Below are positions 17,729 through 26,556 of a stretch of DNA of 64,000 nt, piece after piece (position 1 is the stretch's first letter; each line of letters begins with the position of its first letter). The notes below the pieces were generated by a model that did not search any database, was not told the origin of the DNA, and was given only the letters and a program-made list of their open reading frames with translations. A program made the position numbers and the translations under genes. The stretch is from the sequence record ON287372.1. One strand, given 5' to 3'.

Positions 17729-18392
17729 GGAGTTGCTCCTGAGTAAAGGTATTTGGGAATTTAGCGTTAAGCGTCTTTATTGTTACGCGGTAAGTGGCGG
17801 TGCGAAGAGACTCTTTGAACTGGACCTCTTCTTCGTATTTATCGAACTCGGTCATGAGATCGCGATAGATAGGTAAAGCCTTGATGCGTTCCGGTGCCAT
17901 AGTCATTAACGTATACGTCTCAGACAAGAACACTGGAAGGAACGAAAGATCCACGGTATCCTTACATGAAAGATTAGAGAGAACGTCCCCAATCTTAACA
18001 ATCCAGAATCCATCCAGATCGCAGCGGGAGTGGCGAAGTATTTCTGCTGACACCCGATACAAACGATTAACGCCTGAAGTACCTTTGAACTCATCTGTCA
18101 GTTCAGACAATATATTCATAGCCCTCGTCATTTCAATGGCAGCTTTATCGGGTAACGTTCTTGAATTTAAGAACGCATAAGCGATATCTTTCTTCTCTGA
18201 CTGAGTATCTTCCAAAACATCGTGGAGCCATGCGGCGGTAATCAGCGCGGGTACTGGGTGATATCGGGTTACGATATTGGCGACTTGCTCGGGGTGTCTC
18301 CAATAAGGAATGTCGCTTCCTTTTCTTTTTTGCCCGATTGCAGAATGGGCAGCTATTGCGAATGTCTTAGCGAACTCAATTAGTTGTTCCAT
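17706..18392 (-). CDS. HD-domain RelA/SpoT-type small alarmone hydrolase (Mesh1/SAH-like), 228 aa
   Basis: AHSAIGQKRKGSDIPYWRHP...AAWLHDVLEDT...VKIGDVLSNL matches SpoT/Mesh1 HD motifs. Confidence 0.85.
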   Translation of the reverse strand: MEQLIEFAKTFAIAAHSAIGQKRKGSDIPYWRHPEQVANIVTRYHPVPALITAAWLHDVLEDTQSEKKDIAYAFLNSRTLPDKAAIEMTRAMNILSELTDEFKGTSGVNRLYRVSAEILRHSRCDLDGFWIVKIGDVLSNLSCKDTVDLSFLPVFLSETYTLMTMAPERIKALPIYRDLMTEFDKYEEEVQFKESLRTATYRVTIKTLNAKFPNTFTQEQLRDYFTTK

Positions 18393-18430
18393 GTAACACC
18401 TCTCTATATTAGTCGGAGATACGTTAAAAG

Positions 18431-18455
18431 CGAGTAGGGGAAGAACCCCTACTCG
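18431..18455 (-). terminator. Terminator-like hairpin
   Basis: cgagtagggg-aagaa-cccctactcg. Confidence 0.7.
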
Positions 18456-18463
18456 TCTATGGT

Positions 18464-19534
18464 TTAAAGTTTAGAGGGAAACGGTTTCAACTTCATGCCG
18501 CCAATGTTAACCTCAGTCATTTTGAGATGTTTGATTTTAGCTGGGATGTAGTTACCCCCATCGTCACGGGCAAAGACGGCCTCGTAACGTGCCCCCATTT
18601 TGTCCAGGAAAGCAGGAACCTTATCCGGATCGATAGCCAGCACGAAACTATCGTACTTAGGCGTAGGGGATGTAATACCCGGTAAGTTAGCGTGGACGTG
18701 ACCCACGTAGATAGGAGGGAGATGGATAGATGGAAGATAGATCATCCCGTGGAGCTGCAGGATCTGATGAGCCACCATCGGATCTTTTGCCTCGATCGCC
18801 TTAATCATCGCATCAGTAGACAGCCGGTCATTCCAGATATCTACAACTGCTGTTACTTGCTCCGCGGTAAGGAAACAAATGGACTTACCGTAGACGGTAT
18901 GACTAACGCCGTAATAGTACTTAGCGGCTTGTTCAGACAACCATAGGTCATAGTCAGTCCCTTTAGGGATGACTGTATATTCCAGATCCTCAGCGCCATG
19001 TGGCACATGGATATACGGCGTCGTGTAGTAAGTCTTCTCTGCTTCATCCAGCGGGTCGTAAGGGAACTTAACCGGAGTACGTTCCCCGAAGCTTTGCCAT
19101 GTAGTGTAGGTATCGTTAGGGTGGACTCTAGAACGATAGCACGCTGTCCATTCACCGTCGCGCTTAACGAGATCGTAACCTTCGTAATAGGTCATATTCG
19201 ACATCTGGTCGTATTTGACTTTACCTGGGTCGATCTCTTCAAGTACATCGATTTGATGACCGGCTTGTAAAAGATCACAAACTCGGAGTATGACACGAAC
19301 TATGTTAGGTTTTGTTTGCCAGAAAGAGGTAACTGCCGCGAGTAACGCAGGTTGGTCAGTTATATGGTTTCTCAGCTCGTGCAGCGGAAAACGACTACTC
19401 AGCAAATAAGAGTATTCGCCATCAGCCACGAGGAACAAGTCAATGAACCCCTCTGCGAAGTTAACCATCCAAGGAGTAAAACGTTTGGAGTTCTGGAAAC
19501 CTTTCTTGTATTTCTCTAATGTAGCGATGCTCAT
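18464..19534 (-). CDS. Hypothetical protein (356 aa)
   Basis: Long ORF; coupled start. Confidence 0.85.
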   Translation of the reverse strand: MSIATLEKYKKGFQNSKRFTPWMVNFAEGFIDLFLVADGEYSYLLSSRFPLHELRNHITDQPALLAAVTSFWQTKPNIVRVILRVCDLLQAGHQIDVLEEIDPGKVKYDQMSNMTYYEGYDLVKRDGEWTACYRSRVHPNDTYTTWQSFGERTPVKFPYDPLDEAEKTYYTTPYIHVPHGAEDLEYTVIPKGTDYDLWLSEQAAKYYYGVSHTVYGKSICFLTAEQVTAVVDIWNDRLSTDAMIKAIEAKDPMVAHQILQLHGMIYLPSIHLPPIYVGHVHANLPGITSPTPKYDSFVLAIDPDKVPAFLDKMGARYEAVFARDDGGNYIPAKIKHLKMTEVNIGGMKLKPFPSKL

Positions 19535-19992
19535 TTTAGGCCCTTCTTAATGCAAAGTTGTAGGAAGGCTACGTGATCATTTATCACAAAGCCGAAATAG
19601 TCGAGTGCTTTCGAATACAGTGTAGAGTTAAACAACTCTACTTTAACGAACGGCCGGGAACCGGAATAGATCTGCCAAGCTTCAGAACGAGGATGACGAC
19701 TTACGGATAGATTAGCCGCACACCCATACTCGCAACCAATGCCCTCTATAATGACCCCTGCTTCTTTCAAAGCGTTAACAAATACCGTTGGGTAGGTAGG
19801 TTCGTTATAATGGATCCAGAGGATCTGTGGTTCGCTTCCTGGGTTCTTTAAGAAGAGGGCAGTTAAATGTTTCTTAGAGTCATCACTGACTCTTTCCGTT
19901 ACAGTGAAGTTGAAAGTTTTACCTTTCGCTCCTTCGTACTGATAGCGCGTGTAGAAACTACGGCGCATCCCGCGAATTGAAGTTACGGCCAT
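19531..19992 (-). CDS. Hypothetical protein (153 aa)
   Basis: ORF track; GAGGT RBS. Confidence 0.8.
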   Translation of the reverse strand: MAVTSIRGMRRSFYTRYQYEGAKGKTFNFTVTERVSDDSKKHLTALFLKNPGSEPQILWIHYNEPTYPTVFVNALKEAGVIIEGIGCEYGCAANLSVSRHPRSEAWQIYSGSRPFVKVELFNSTLYSKALDYFGFVINDHVAFLQLCIKKGLK

Positions 19993-20111
19993 ACCTCACC
20001 ACCACAGAGGAAAAAGAACATGGCTAATACGCAAAGACCCAATGGCACGCAGTAGAATAAAGCTGTACCAATTGATTCTATCCAGATTGAGATATTTTCC
20101 TTACGAGTCAT
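19983..20111 (-). CDS. Single-TM mini-protein (42 aa)
   Basis: Manual: MTRKENISIWIESIGTALFYCVPLGLCVLAMFFFLCGGEVWP; ATGA overlap with the upstream stop; GGAGG RBS. Confidence 0.6.
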   Translation of the reverse strand: MTRKENISIWIESIGTALFYCVPLGLCVLAMFFFLCGGEVWP

Positions 20112-20233
20112 TGCAAGCCTCCATGAGCATTTAGTAGAAAGATGATAGCGCCTACGGTAGCCATAGGTACGACTAAAACGAATACTAACGTCAGGATAAT
20201 TTCCAACCGACGTTTCCAGATCTTACGCACCAT
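20108..20233 (-). CDS. Single-TM mini-protein (41 aa)
   Basis: Manual: MVRKIWKRRLEIILTLVFVLVVPMATVGAIIFLLNAHGGLQ. Confidence 0.6.
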   Translation of the reverse strand: MVRKIWKRRLEIILTLVFVLVVPMATVGAIIFLLNAHGGLQ

Positions 20234-20774
20234 TGAAAATCTTCCGTGTGAATTCACGTTCTGCTGCCACAGTAGTTACGCCGTGAGCAATAAGGATACC
20301 TTGGATATAACCCAACCAACGATGTTTCTTGGTATCAGATTGATCTTCGTTAGTAGACAGCTCTTCCAGCATCCAGACCAAATGACTACCGGTCATGGTA
20401 GGGTCTTCCAGATTAAGCGCCATGGCCATGTCTTTATAACGCTTAACTAAAGACGGGAAAAAGTCTACAGGTAGGTAATCGAGCGGTATCGACTTATAGA
20501 TATAGTCCATCGGAGTAAAGTCGGTGTCTTCGCTCAGCCAATCACGACCAGTCGAACGAAGGTAATCTTTATCTTCTTTCGTGTTAGCATTAGCTACCAG
20601 ATTAACCGCATGAGGGAAAGCGGAAGTCACTCCATCCAGAATACGAAGAATAGACCCAGCGACCATGACGGCTGCTTCTTCTTTTGTTTTTGCAATACGA
20701 GCGCAGTGTTGAACATTGGAATTGATTGCTACTTTCAACTCGTCGAGGAGTTGTTCTCTCGTTTTGTTAGCCAT
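20223..20774 (-). CDS. Hypothetical two-domain phage protein (183 aa)
   Basis: C-terminal HLVWML...KKHRWLGYIQGIL motif of a common phage family; GGAG RBS. Confidence 0.8.
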   Translation of the reverse strand: MANKTREQLLDELKVAINSNVQHCARIAKTKEEAAVMVAGSILRILDGVTSAFPHAVNLVANANTKEDKDYLRSTGRDWLSEDTDFTPMDYIYKSIPLDYLPVDFFPSLVKRYKDMAMALNLEDPTMTGSHLVWMLEELSTNEDQSDTKKHRWLGYIQGILIAHGVTTVAAEREFTRKIFNGA

Positions 20775-20787
20775 GATTTACTCCGGA

Positions 20788-20814
20788 CAAAAATAAGAGA
20801 GGGCCGAAGCCCTC
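20788..20814 (-). terminator. Intrinsic terminator, UUCG loop
   Basis: gagggc-cgaa-gccctc with a U-tract on minus. Confidence 0.7.
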
Positions 20815-20823
20815 ATGCTTTAA

Positions 20824-21276
20824 TTACTTAGTGACGACATCGTAACTGATGATTTTTTCAACTTTCACTCGATCGCCATGTTCCATGGAATGAGCAGTAA
20901 CGATAGCACGAATACCCATTGCGAAAGGTACGTTATCGTCAACCATCTCTCTGAGACGTTTACTCGGCTCAATGACGAGATAGGGCTCATCTACCTTAAG
21001 GTCGGCATCCACCAAGATCCCGACGCTCTTAAACGGATCCTTTTCTTCGAGACGCTTAAGGTAATCTTTGATGTCGACCCAATTACTTAAATCCGGCCGA
21101 CCGAACGTACCTACGATTTTACCGATATTACTTTTTGTAAATTTATCGATAACTTCTTCCGAAGCATTATAGATTCGGCCGTCGATCTTAGACGGGACAC
21201 CTAACTTACTTACGAAGATAGTGATAGTGCCATCTTCGTTGATTACACGTCGACATTCGTTCATTAACAGTACCAC
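20824..21276 (-). CDS. Hypothetical protein, possibly degenerate T4 gp21-like protease fold (150 aa)
   Basis: DGRIYN...IVGTFGRPD...MGIRA pattern; tentative. Confidence 0.65.
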   Translation of the reverse strand: MVLLMNECRRVINEDGTITIFVSKLGVPSKIDGRIYNASEEVIDKFTKSNIGKIVGTFGRPDLSNWVDIKDYLKRLEEKDPFKSVGILVDADLKVDEPYLVIEPSKRLREMVDDNVPFAMGIRAIVTAHSMEHGDRVKVEKIISYDVVTK

Positions 21277-21322
21277 TCATCAGGCCATTGAAACATTTAC
21301 TGTTCCTTTATTTTAGACAATA

Positions 21323-21344
21323 GAGTAGGGTGTTCACCCTACTC
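21323..21344 (-). terminator. Terminator-like hairpin
   Basis: gagtagggtg-tt-caccctactc. Confidence 0.6.
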
Positions 21345-21352
21345 CGGTATAA

Positions 21353-21601
21353 TCAATTTTGAGTAAACACGATAGCGATCAGGTAGATGTACAACCCGAC
21401 CATCATCAGAGGGAAACCAAACTTACGCTTAGACAGCTTGGTGAACATGCACGCCATTACTACTGCGAAGGCAATGATAGAGACTAACGGCGCAACCCAG
21501 AATGGCACCGCTCTCCAGATATCCCCGAAAAAGAATACCAGTATTGACGTCGTGACCAGCGCCGCTGGAACGGTCAATATCAACGCCAATGTCTTACTCA
21601 T
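21353..21601 (-). CDS. Membrane protein (82 aa)
   Basis: ORF track 21353..21688; start trimmed to MSKTL with GGAGG RBS, overlapping the tdk stop. Confidence 0.7.
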   Translation of the reverse strand: MSKTLALILTVPAALVTTSILVFFFGDIWRAVPFWVAPLVSIIAFAVVMACMFTKLSKRKFGFPLMMVGLYIYLIAIVFTQN

Positions 21602-22175
21602 ACTCACCATTCCTCCAATGCTTACGGCAAACCGCCACGTAAGAATCGTTACCACCGATCTGAACCTGAGGCCCTGCGCGCAGCACATTGCCGTCCCCGT
21701 CTAAACGAAGAACGTGAGTCGACTTAGCGCCGCAATGACAGATGGACTTAACTTCAACGAGCTTGTCCGCAATAGCCAACAGTTTACCGGAACCAGGGAA
21801 AGCATTCCCGGTGAAGTCGTTTCGTAAACCGTAACAGAGCACCGGTATACCCATGGTATCTACAATGTACGCCAATTCGGTTACATGCGCTTCAGTCAGG
21901 AACTGAGCTTCATCTACCAAGATACAATGGAGTTTTCCCTCGTTGAGAATATCCAGGTTTACCAGTGAAAGAATAGCAGTATCGTCCCGAACCAGTACTG
22001 CTTCTGCTTCCAAACCGATGCGACTAACGACCGCGAATTCAGAATCGCGATTGTCAACTGCTGGTTTCAGAATCAGAGTGCGCATGCCGCGCTCTTTGTA
22101 GTTGTACGCCGATTGAATCAGTTGAGAACTCTTCCCTGAGTTCATCGAAGCGTAGTAGAAATATAAACTTGCCAT
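21594..22175 (-). CDS. tdk: Thymidine kinase (type II)
   Basis: YASMNSGKS P-loop, ILVDEAQFL, YGLRNDF, zinc-binding ICHCG...VCRKH. Confidence 0.97.
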   Translation of the reverse strand: MASLYFYYASMNSGKSSQLIQSAYNYKERGMRTLILKPAVDNRDSEFAVVSRIGLEAEAVLVRDDTAILSLVNLDILNEGKLHCILVDEAQFLTEAHVTELAYIVDTMGIPVLCYGLRNDFTGNAFPGSGKLLAIADKLVEVKSICHCGAKSTHVLRLDGDGNVLRAGPQVQIGGNDSYVAVCRKHWRNGEYE

Positions 22176-22188
22176 CTAGCAGTTTCCT

Positions 22189-22488
22189 TTATAGCGTGAA
22201 TACCTCAAACCACCAACCTGCAATCACGCATCCAGCGACAGAACCTAAAGCGCACCAAATGACGGCATTGGTTACTGGCGTTACTACCTTAACGTAAAGA
22301 ACCCAAAGTACTGCCAGGTTCTCGATAAGGAGTGAGACTACGATGATGAAGATCAGATGAGGATAGATGTCTTCAGGAGCTGCCAGGAATTGGAAGTATC
22401 CCAAGACTACGACAACGAATTGCAGGAAGTAGATGAAACTCTCTATCTTCCCGCCTTTTCGTGGGTAAGGCTGGTCAGTCTTTAGCAT
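22189..22488 (-). CDS. Membrane protein (99 aa)
   Basis: ORF track; three TM segments. Confidence 0.75.
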   Translation of the reverse strand: MLKTDQPYPRKGGKIESFIYFLQFVVVVLGYFQFLAAPEDIYPHLIFIIVVSLLIENLAVLWVLYVKVVTPVTNAVIWCALGSVAGCVIAGWWFEVFTL

Positions 22489-22804
22489 GGTGAATGCTCC
22501 GTCGTTTAGACTTGTTATCGAGTCGCTCCCGTTCCATCATGTTCATGATTGCTTCACAAAGTGCGCCGCCACAAACCACCATCGGTACCAGAGCATAATG
22601 ACTTGCTTCATCGGTCAATTGAGGTAAACCCAAAAATCCGAAGAATGTCATAAGACATGCAACAATTAGTACCACCGTTGGAACAGTTTCTAATTTACCC
22701 AATATCTCAGAACGACGAATAAGGGTAAAGTTAAAAACCATGACAACGAAGAGGATGAAGTAAAACGAAGATTGGAAGTTCTCGGAACGGATAAACTCTA
22801 TCAT
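22475..22804 (-). CDS. Membrane protein (109 aa)
   Basis: ORF track; three TM segments. Confidence 0.75.
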   Translation of the reverse strand: MIEFIRSENFQSSFYFILFVVMVFNFTLIRRSEILGKLETVPTVVLIVACLMTFFGFLGLPQLTDEASHYALVPMVVCGGALCEAIMNMMERERLDNKSKRRSIHHAKD

Positions 22805-22805
22805 G

Positions 22806-23108
22806 TTATTTACCTGTGGCGTAGAAAAGGAGACAGATGGAGACGATAAACGAAAGGAGACTTACCATAGCTGCTATGTCAATATACCCTTTCGTGTACC
22901 AGTGAATCGCAACCAGCAAGCTGCAGTTGATTGCATACCCGTAAGTAAGGAAAACGAACCCTAAGACGAATGCGCTAAGTTCAGCTGCGATGATCAAGTC
23001 ATCATGACTGAGTGTTCGGTAGTAAAGAGAAGTCACTACAATGGTTAACGTAAATACAGACCACAATACTACCTTATTTAAAGAGTTCACTGAACTCTCC
23101 TTAATCAA
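22806..23108 (-). CDS. Membrane protein (100 aa)
   Basis: ORF track; three TM segments. Confidence 0.7.
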   Translation of the reverse strand: MIKESSVNSLNKVVLWSVFTLTIVVTSLYYRTLSHDDLIIAAELSAFVLGFVFLTYGYAINCSLLVAIHWYTKGYIDIAAMVSLLSFIVSICLLFYATGK

Positions 23109-23145
23109 ACAAAAAAATAGAGGACGAGGGTTTACGCCCTCGCCT
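23109..23145 (-). terminator. Intrinsic terminator
   Basis: Minus AGGCGAGGGC-GUAA-ACCCUCGUCCU then U-run. Confidence 0.7.
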
Positions 23146-23151
23146 TATGAA

Positions 23152-23280
23152 TCAGTCTTCGTCATCAATGACGGTACCAGCTTCTTCCTCTTCCTCTTCT
23201 TCCTCATCGAGCTCCCCCGCAGCAGAAGAACAGATCATTGCCTTCATTAGAAACTCCATAAAACCATCTAATGCGCTCAT
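23152..23280 (-). CDS. Highly acidic mini-protein (42 aa)
   Basis: Manual: MSALDGFMEFLMKAMICSSAAGELDEEEEEEEEAGTVIDDED; AGGAG RBS; own promoter and terminator. Confidence 0.7.
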   Translation of the reverse strand: MSALDGFMEFLMKAMICSSAAGELDEEEEEEEEAGTVIDDED

Positions 23281-23323
23281 CGATATCAACTCCTAAATTT
23301 GTTTTGGTTAACTATTCAAGATA

Positions 23324-23332
23324 GTGATATAG
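23324..23332 (-). promoter_or_regulatory. Putative early promoter CTATATCAC
   Basis: Motif match about 45 nt upstream of the acidic mini-gene. Confidence 0.65.
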
Positions 23333-23351
23333 TCGTGAAAAGAATTCGAAT

Positions 23352-24407
23352 TTAGGGGTTAAAAAAGTGATCTGGAACTCTACCCTTTATTCCGTCACAG
23401 AACTTTTTAAGAGCCACCATAAATTCATCAGTCATGTAGGGAACGTCGATATCCTCTACGGTATAATAATCGAATGTACAGAGATATGCCCTACTTCTAA
23501 GCTTAGTGCATGCCCTAGTTATGGAGTTTTCCTTAAATCCATTTTTAGCCATGTGGGATATCTTGACTTTAAAACGCTGCCCTCTATTAAAACCAGGTAT
23601 ATCAGTATCTAAAGTAACAACCGCGGTTCTTCCAAACCCTAACTCCGATACATCTAAATCATCAGGTACAATTAGGTTAGGTTGACCCACTTCCTGATTT
23701 ATCCTCTCCCACCTAAACTTAAATCTAACTCCTTTTACTGAAGCGCTGGTGGGAATCTCGTACGGGAACCCACGGTCAGCGAGTTCCCTAAGTCTTCCAT
23801 ATATGGTAAACCCAGATTTAAATCTACCATGATCGTAAACTAATGTACCCTTGTAATAACCAACCGACTTCAAATTAGTCTCTACAGCATGACGTATGTT
23901 ACCTGCTGGGGTAGTCCATTCTAAGTTGGTCATGGAAGGGTTAGTTTTATCGCCATCAATATGGTTCACTTGCAAATCTTTAAATTCCACTTTTCTCAAT
24001 TCTAATGGCCTTGGGATAAAAGTAGAGGCAATTAAACGATGTAACAAGTAAGTTACTCCATCATGCTCCGCCTTATGGTAGTCTTCCGAGATAGCAATAG
24101 ATTTACTTCTGTCGATGGTGATTAATCCATTTGCCCTAGTTACGGATTCCGACACACCATTGCTAACACTAATTTTACAAATGTTCCCTTTTGTTGAGAT
24201 TAGCCAATCTCCCCATTGTTGGATTAAAGGGCCAGATTTACGTTTACTCCAGTAATATCTAGGGAATTCCCAAAATTCATATTCCGGGTACCTGGTCAAG
24301 AATAACCTTAGTTTCTCTACGATACACAACTCACCATTAGCGCCAAATTCTTTTTCAAATTTAGCAATGAAATCAGCATGGTTATCTTTACCATTAAAAA
24401 TGTTCAT
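23352..24407 (-). CDS. Free-standing HNH homing endonuclease (NUMOD4/HNH-like, 351 aa)
   Basis: YLLHRLIASTFIP...QVNHIDGDKTNPSMTNLEWTT..NIRHA; visibly more AT-rich than its neighbours. Confidence 0.9.
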   Translation of the reverse strand: MNIFNGKDNHADFIAKFEKEFGANGELCIVEKLRLFLTRYPEYEFWEFPRYYWSKRKSGPLIQQWGDWLISTKGNICKISVSNGVSESVTRANGLITIDRSKSIAISEDYHKAEHDGVTYLLHRLIASTFIPRPLELRKVEFKDLQVNHIDGDKTNPSMTNLEWTTPAGNIRHAVETNLKSVGYYKGTLVYDHGRFKSGFTIYGRLRELADRGFPYEIPTSASVKGVRFKFRWERINQEVGQPNLIVPDDLDVSELGFGRTAVVTLDTDIPGFNRGQRFKVKISHMAKNGFKENSITRACTKLRSRAYLCTFDYYTVEDIDVPYMTDEFMVALKKFCDGIKGRVPDHFFNP

Positions 24408-24432
24408 ACGAAAAGTTTACTCCATTAATTGT

Positions 24433-24467
24433 CATAATAATGCCGGGAAATCCCGGCATTATTTTTT
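24433..24467. promoter_or_regulatory. Hairpin with T-tract on plus and TATGA on minus, between phoH and HNH
   Basis: cata-ataatgccggg-aaat-cccggcattat-tttt; orientation opposite to the other terminators of minus-strand genes. Confidence 0.55.
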
Positions 24468-25257
24468 ACTTGTAAATGTCCAGGGCAGTAGAACAAAGTT
24501 TAGATCTTACGCAGTCATCATCAGTAAATTCAATGATAGGTACGTCTATAGATTTAGACTTAATTCGGTTAATCAGGTCAACTAGACCAGATTTAGTTCC
24601 TTTAGGAAGGTCGCATTGATTAGGGTCACCGTTTACGATGATAGTGACATTCTCCCCCACACGAGTTAAGAACAACCGCATTTGGTTAACAGTTACATTT
24701 TGCGCCTCATCAAGGATAACGATGGCGTCCTCAAAAGTCCGTCCGCGCATAAATGCAAAGGGAGCTATTTCGACCTTTCCAATTTCTTCACGTAAACAAT
24801 ACTTCAGCCAACCGTCACCCATACGTTTACGTAAGATGTCATAAACTGGCCTGAAGTAAGGTGCAAATTTTTCATTGGCGTCGCCCGGAAGGAAGCCCAT
24901 TTCCTCTTCTGCAGTAACCATAGGTCGAGTTACAATAATTTTCTCGTACCTTTTTTCAGAAAGTTGTTCTACTGCATACGCACTGGCTAAGAAGGTTTTT
25001 CCAGAGCCGGCCGAGCCTGTAGCTACGATGAGGTCAGATAGTTCTAATGCATTAAGGTACAGTGCCTGATTATCATTACGAGGCTCTATTGGCCGAGTGT
25101 CCTTTTTACACTTAGCCATACCTATACTTTCGTGACTAGCAAATCCGTTGTCGTTGGTTGGGAACTCAACGAGATTGCTTTCAAAACCACGGTTAGCTTG
25201 TCTCTTTGCTTTACGAACATCGCGACGTTTAACTGTCGCGGCTTTTTGACGTCCCAT
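24466..25257 (-). CDS. phoH: PhoH-family ATPase
   Basis: GSAGSGKTFLA, TRP, GFLPG, FMRGRTF, DEAQN, GD..Q.DL motifs. Confidence 0.95.
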   Translation of the reverse strand: MGRQKAATVKRRDVRKAKRQANRGFESNLVEFPTNDNGFASHESIGMAKCKKDTRPIEPRNDNQALYLNALELSDLIVATGSAGSGKTFLASAYAVEQLSEKRYEKIIVTRPMVTAEEEMGFLPGDANEKFAPYFRPVYDILRKRMGDGWLKYCLREEIGKVEIAPFAFMRGRTFEDAIVILDEAQNVTVNQMRLFLTRVGENVTIIVNGDPNQCDLPKGTKSGLVDLINRIKSKSIDVPIIEFTDDDCVRSKLCSTALDIYK

Positions 25258-25385
25258 CTATACCACCTTATCTGGAGGATTAAGAGGTTTCTGAAACGGG
25301 GGATTCAGAAACGTTTTGCGTTCATAAAAAATAAAAAGAATAGCGTAAATAAATCCTCCTACCCGAATGGATAGGAGGGGATGGA

Positions 25386-25751
25386 TTATTCGATGACTTT
25401 CCACGCATCGCGCTTGGCGTACTTGTGATAGAACTGCTTACTAGCACCGTTACGCGACATGCCGATAATGAGATTGCCGTTTTCGGTGGTGATCTTCGCC
25501 ATCAGTACGAAACCAGCGTCACACTGGAAGAAGCTGACAACGTAGATCAGGTTATCCTTATCGATGCCGTTGTCATTATACAGCAGCTCGCAACGAGAGA
25601 CTTTGTTAGTGCGCAGGTTAGTTACACGGGCCGCGGTGTCGCCAACAACGAAGTCGTACTCAGGAGCATCGCTTACGCCAATCAACGCTGCGTTAGCGTT
25701 CAAAGAGAAGAATGACAGTACGACGATGAGAGTTGAAAGAATGAGTTTCAC
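25386..25751 (-). CDS. Secreted small protein, paralogue family A (121 aa)
   Basis: Signal peptide ...NANA; C-x6-NGID-x12-C. Confidence 0.85.
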   Translation of the reverse strand: MKLILSTLIVVLSFFSLNANAALIGVSDAPEYDFVVGDTAARVTNLRTNKVSRCELLYNDNGIDKDNLIYVVSFFQCDAGFVLMAKITTENGNLIIGMSRNGASKQFYHKYAKRDAWKVIE

Positions 25752-25763
25752 GATACTGGTTCC

Positions 25764-26117
25764 TTATGGAATGAAGATGTATTCTTCGCGTGTCCACGAA
25801 GCGGAGTAGGTTGCCTTACCAGCTTTGTTGATTACGTAGATGGTAAGTACTTTGTTTTTGGCGGTTATCCTGGCAGCGATTGTAGTGTCATCACCACAAA
25901 GGTAGATGTCGCCGTAATAACGGTTACCGTCTTTGTCAATGCCACTCGGTTGACTGTATTCCTTGCAGTAAGTGCTCTTACCGGTTTTTACGTTATAGGC
26001 AACAGCAGCACCTTCAACGAAGTCGAAAGCGTACTTACCGGGTTCCATGACGCGCAGAGTGGAAGCACCAGCGCTTACGGAGAAAATGCAAAGTAATGCT
26101 AAGATAATCTTTTTCAC
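25764..26117 (-). CDS. Secreted small protein, family A (117 aa, GTG start)
   Basis: Signal peptide ...SAGA; C-x6-SGID-x12-C; AAGGA RBS. Confidence 0.85.
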   Translation of the reverse strand: MKKIILALLCIFSVSAGASTLRVMEPGKYAFDFVEGAAVAYNVKTGKSTYCKEYSQPSGIDKDGNRYYGDIYLCGDDTTIAARITAKNKVLTIYVINKAGKATYSASWTREEYIFIP

Positions 26118-26127
26118 AGGGGTTTCC

Positions 26128-26550
26128 TTATTTAACTTTAACCCAGCCACTGACAGGGAACGGCTCGCTATAGATGATTTTATCGTTGCGGTCGTAGAAT
26201 GTGACCCAGAGTACTTTGTCGTCTACCAGCAGTTTACCCGCAACCCACATCTTTTCAGGGCACTGGTAAGAAGTAGCGGTATAGACCTTACCTACATCGT
26301 CGATACCGTTGAAGTTATCGTGGAACTTACAACGAATGACTTTACCGGTTTTGTTGGAATAGAAGTCCAGGCGGTTATCAACCAGAGCAATGCGGTTATT
26401 GCGATTGTCTTTCAAGGTATATCCAGCAGCTGCATGTGCAGTCGATGGAGTCAGTAAAGGGAAGTCGTTGAACGGTGAAGTCAACAGAGAGAAACCGAAC
26501 GGTACGAGCATTACGCCCAGGGCAGCTACGATATAAGTTAAGAATTTCAT
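26128..26550 (-). CDS. Secreted small protein, family A (140 aa)
   Basis: Extended signal ...TAHA; C-x6-NGID-x12-C. Confidence 0.85.
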   Translation of the reverse strand: MKFLTYIVAALGVMLVPFGFSLLTSPFNDFPLLTPSTAHAAAGYTLKDNRNNRIALVDNRLDFYSNKTGKVIRCKFHDNFNGIDDVGKVYTATSYQCPEKMWVAGKLLVDDKVLWVTFYDRNDKIIYSEPFPVSGWVKVK

Positions 26551-26556
26551 GTTTGA

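Noticed and set aside
23352-24407. HNH as part of a group I intron
   Set aside because: phoH is complete upstream and no interrupted gene flanks the HNH; treated as free-standing.
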